A stretch of 64,000 bases of DNA. Source: an uncultured Actinomycetota bacterium (GTDB taxonomy: Bacteria > Actinomycetota > Aquicultoria > CAYFWW01). Below, one piece after another: positions 61,552-64,000 of this stretch; the stretch's first letter is position 1; each line of letters starts with the position of its first letter. A program made the translations under genes and the position numbers. The DNA lies in contig CAYFWW010000048.1 in NCBI GenBank assembly GCA_964346985.1, forward strand, positions 291 through 64,290. The letters are read 5' to 3'. Under the pieces are notes generated by a model. That model saw only the letters and a list, made by a program, of their open reading frames with translations, did no database searches and had not been told where the DNA came from.

Positions 61552-61782
61552 TCAATCTTCAATCGGTGAAGTTCCGGTAGATTTTATTTTTTTCCAAAAC
61601 TGATTGGAAAAGTCTTTCAATTTTTCTTTCAAATCTCTCCTAAACTCGCTACCCTCTTTTGGCGTAAACAACAAACCAGCAGCAACACCCAACAATCCTC
61701 CTGTCAGTAAGCCAAGTAATAACCCAATTATAAAAAGCCAAACAAAATATGTATTTTTTTTATTCAAAATTAGCACTCCCAA
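61552..61782 (-). CDS. YtxH-like (DUF948) small membrane protein
   Basis: Gly-zipper TM segment followed by PKEGSEFRRDLKEKL (YtxH motif). Confidence 0.5.
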   Translation of the reverse strand: MGVLILNKKNTYFVWLFIIGLLLGLLTGGLLGVAAGLLFTPKEGSEFRRDLKEKLKDFSNQFWKKIKSTGTSPIED

Positions 61783-61824
61783 AAACCCACAGCAGGAATT
61801 ATAGCATAAGATTCATTTCAAAAA

Positions 61825-62055
61825 CTAACCTTGTTTCTCGAGTATAGCTTTTGCTTTTTTTAAATCTTTAGCATTAACCATTACTTCTATTCTTCCCAGC
61901 CCATTCATTGTTAAACCATAAAGCTCCCTGATTGCTTCTTTTTTTAAAAAAACTTTAATTCCCGCCTGTTTTAACTTAGCCTTTATGATTTCTGCTTCGA
62001 AAATATTGTGTACTTCTTTTAAACAAATCAAATCTTGAGAAAAAGATGAATTCAA
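61825..62055 (-). CDS. DUF2007-like small protein
   Basis: 76 aa; weak resemblance to the putative signal-transducing DUF2007 fold. Confidence 0.35.
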   Translation of the reverse strand: MNSSFSQDLICLKEVHNIFEAEIIKAKLKQAGIKVFLKKEAIRELYGLTMNGLGRIEVMVNAKDLKKAKAILEKQG

Positions 62056-62798
62056 GATATCCCTTCGCCTAGATATGCTTTCTTAATTTCCTCAGAATTA
62101 AGAAGTTCTTCAGCTGTACCTTTCATGACAATCTCGCCATTTTGAAGTACATAACCTCTGTCTGCAACAGATAAAGCCATATTAGCATTCTGTTCAACGA
62201 CGAAGACAGTTATGCCTTGCCTATTTATTTCCTCAATTATTTGAAATGACTGTTCCACTAAAACTGGAGCAAGTCCCATTGATGGTTCATCCATTATTAT
62301 CATTTTGGGTTTTGACATCAAAGCTCTACCCATGGCTACCATTTGCTGTTCCCCTCCACTTAAGGTCCCGGCTCTTTGCTGAAGTCTTTCTTTAATTCTT
62401 GGAAATAACTTATATACCCTATTTAGGTCTTCTTTAAAATTATTCTTTTCCCTCCTGGTATAAGCTCCCATCTCTAAATTTTCTAAAACAGTTAATCTAG
62501 GAAAAAGTCTTCTATTCTCAGGAACTGTGGAAATTCCTAGACGAATCCTCTGAGCAGTTGGTACATTATTTATTACTTCACCCTCAAACTCTACTGTTCC
62601 TGATGTTGGTTTAACAATTCCGAGGATAGTCTTCATAGTAGTTGATTTCCCTGATGCATTACCACCTAAAAGACAGACAATTTCACCCTCATTAACTTCA
62701 AGGTCAATGAATTTTAAAATCTCAATTCTGCCATAATGAGTTTGAACTTTTTCTAACTTAAGCACCAACAGACTCCTTTCTTCCCAGATAAGCTTCAA
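62052..62798 (-). CDS. livF: Branched-chain amino acid ABC transporter ATP-binding protein LivF
   Basis: Walker A GGNASGKST, LSGGEQQ signature and Walker B IIMDEPS. Confidence 0.85.
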   Translation of the reverse strand: MKLIWEERSLLVLKLEKVQTHYGRIEILKFIDLEVNEGEIVCLLGGNASGKSTTMKTILGIVKPTSGTVEFEGEVINNVPTAQRIRLGISTVPENRRLFPRLTVLENLEMGAYTRREKNNFKEDLNRVYKLFPRIKERLQQRAGTLSGGEQQMVAMGRALMSKPKMIIMDEPSMGLAPVLVEQSFQIIEEINRQGITVFVVEQNANMALSVADRGYVLQNGEIVMKGTAEELLNSEEIKKAYLGEGIS

Positions 62799-63546
62799 TA
62801 ACCTGTGGGTTACTGGCTACTTCATCTGGTGTGCCCTCAGCAATTTTTTCTCCATGATCCATAGCTATAACTCTATCAGATGCACCCATTACTACTTTCA
62901 TATCATGCTCAATCAGGATTATGTTATAGCCCTTATTTCTTATCTCTTTAATTTGTCCCATAATCTCAATCGTTTCGGCTGGATTCATTCCGGCAGCTGG
63001 CTCATCCAGAAGAACAATCTTTGGTTTAGAAACAAGAGCCCGACAAATCTCCAAACGACGCCGGTTAGCATAGGAAAGGCTGGAAGCAGGGTGATCAAGT
63101 CTAGTCCCTATAAGACGATTACCAAAAATTGATAATACTTCTTCTGCCCTTTTCCTAGCTTCTCTTTCTTCATTCAACATCCAGGGTAGCCTTAATGTTG
63201 AGGCAAAAACTCCAGATTTTAACTTAGTATGCATACCAACCAAAGCATTTTCCAAAACTGACATATTGGAAAAAATCCTCAGAGTTTGAAAAGTACGGGT
63301 TATTCCCCTTCTGGTTATCATATCTGGCTTTTGTCCAACTAGGCTCATTTCTTCAAAATAAATCTCTCCTTCATCCGGATGATATAAACCTGTAATTAAA
63401 TTAAAGAGGGTAGTCTTGCCAGAGCCATTAGGTCCAATGATACTGACAATTTCCCCTTCAAACACTTTGAGATTAAACTGTTTGACAGCATACAAACCTC
63501 CAAAAGTTTTCGTCAAGTTATCAATCTCTAGCAAAGACATACTCAT
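62758..63546 (-). CDS. livG: Branched-chain amino acid ABC transporter ATP-binding protein LivG
   Basis: GPNGSGKTT Walker A and LivG-type C-terminus. Confidence 0.85.
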   Translation of the reverse strand: MSMSLLEIDNLTKTFGGLYAVKQFNLKVFEGEIVSIIGPNGSGKTTLFNLITGLYHPDEGEIYFEEMSLVGQKPDMITRRGITRTFQTLRIFSNMSVLENALVGMHTKLKSGVFASTLRLPWMLNEEREARKRAEEVLSIFGNRLIGTRLDHPASSLSYANRRRLEICRALVSKPKIVLLDEPAAGMNPAETIEIMGQIKEIRNKGYNIILIEHDMKVVMGASDRVIAMDHGEKIAEGTPDEVASNPQVIEAYLGRKESVGA

Positions 63547-64000
63547 TTATACCTCCAAGTCTTTTTTTCCTTCTTCTAAACCATATTGGGACTCAGCCAT
63601 TTCAGCTAATACCCTGGGGTCAGTTTCATGAAGTTCTCTTTGACGACGCCGATTGGGAATGATTCCTTCAGGTCTAAAGATCATCATCAAGACGATTAAA
63701 ATTCCAAATATTAACAGACGATATCGGTCAAACTCTAAGAAAAAATTTTGTAAAAATTGGGGCCATCTCGCATAAAAATTTGCACCAAAAATCGAGGGTA
63801 GCCAATCAGAAAAGCTGTGCCTGATTATTTCTGGAGTTGCATCGATGAAAATTGCTCCAGCAACTCCTCCAGCAATACTACCCATTCCCCCCAAAACAAC
63901 CATACATACTACTAATACCGACTGCATAAAAATAAAATATTGAGGGTTGACGAATTGCTGAAAAGAAGCAAATATTGAACCAGCCACTCCAGCAAAAATC
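63547..64000 (-). CDS. livM: Branched-chain amino acid ABC permease LivM (C-terminal part; continues beyond the window)
   Basis: Hydrophobic permease C-terminus ending ...ILIVLMMIFRPEGIIP; the ORF is open at the window end. Confidence 0.7.
   Translation of the reverse strand, partial: IFAGVAGSIFASFQQFVNPQYFIFMQSVLVVCMVVLGGMGSIAGGVAGAIFIDATPEIIRHSFSDWLPSIFGANFYARWPQFLQNFFLEFDRYRLLIFGILIVLMMIFRPEGIIPNRRRQRELHETDPRVLAEMAESQYGLEEGKKDLEV

Overview
Low-GC (about 33%) bacterial chromosomal segment, probably from an anaerobe given NfnAB, a HgdC-type activase and a Sec-containing SelD. Almost all genes are on the minus strand. Left to right the window contains:
1. A tRNA cluster (Asp, Val, Glu).
2. 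A complete de novo purine operon (purA ... purD-E-B-C-S-Q-L-F-M-N-H) that also carries an unusual sortase-E-like pseudoenzyme gene.
3. dnaB-rplI and rpsF-ssb-rpsR; rpsR is missing from the ORF track.
4. A selenium-utilisation cluster (ychF-DUF951-DUF3343-yedF-selD); selD has an in-frame UGA (Sec) and is longer than the track ORF.
5. LysR + ACT/UPF0210, NfnAB, a HAMP-GAF-HD-GYP c-di-GMP phosphodiesterase and an activase/dehydratase-like trio.
6. An hspR-type heat-shock operon (dnaK-hsp20-grpE-dnaJ-hspR-clpB) with a consensus sigma70 promoter and a 17-bp perfect inverted repeat between grpE and dnaJ.
7. An exopolysaccharide/glycosylation island: GT4, Dpm1-like GT2, GT-C/PMT-like transferase, a PilZ-less cellulose-synthase-like GT2 and two paralogous GH26-like hydrolases. 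The second hydrolase is preceded by a GEMM-I (c-di-GMP-I) riboswitch, the most notable non-coding element.
8. A KaiC/RecA-like ATPase pair, an excisionase-like HTH module next to tRNA-Gly, and a partial liv ABC transporter.
No CRISPR arrays, rRNA genes or recognisable transposases were seen.
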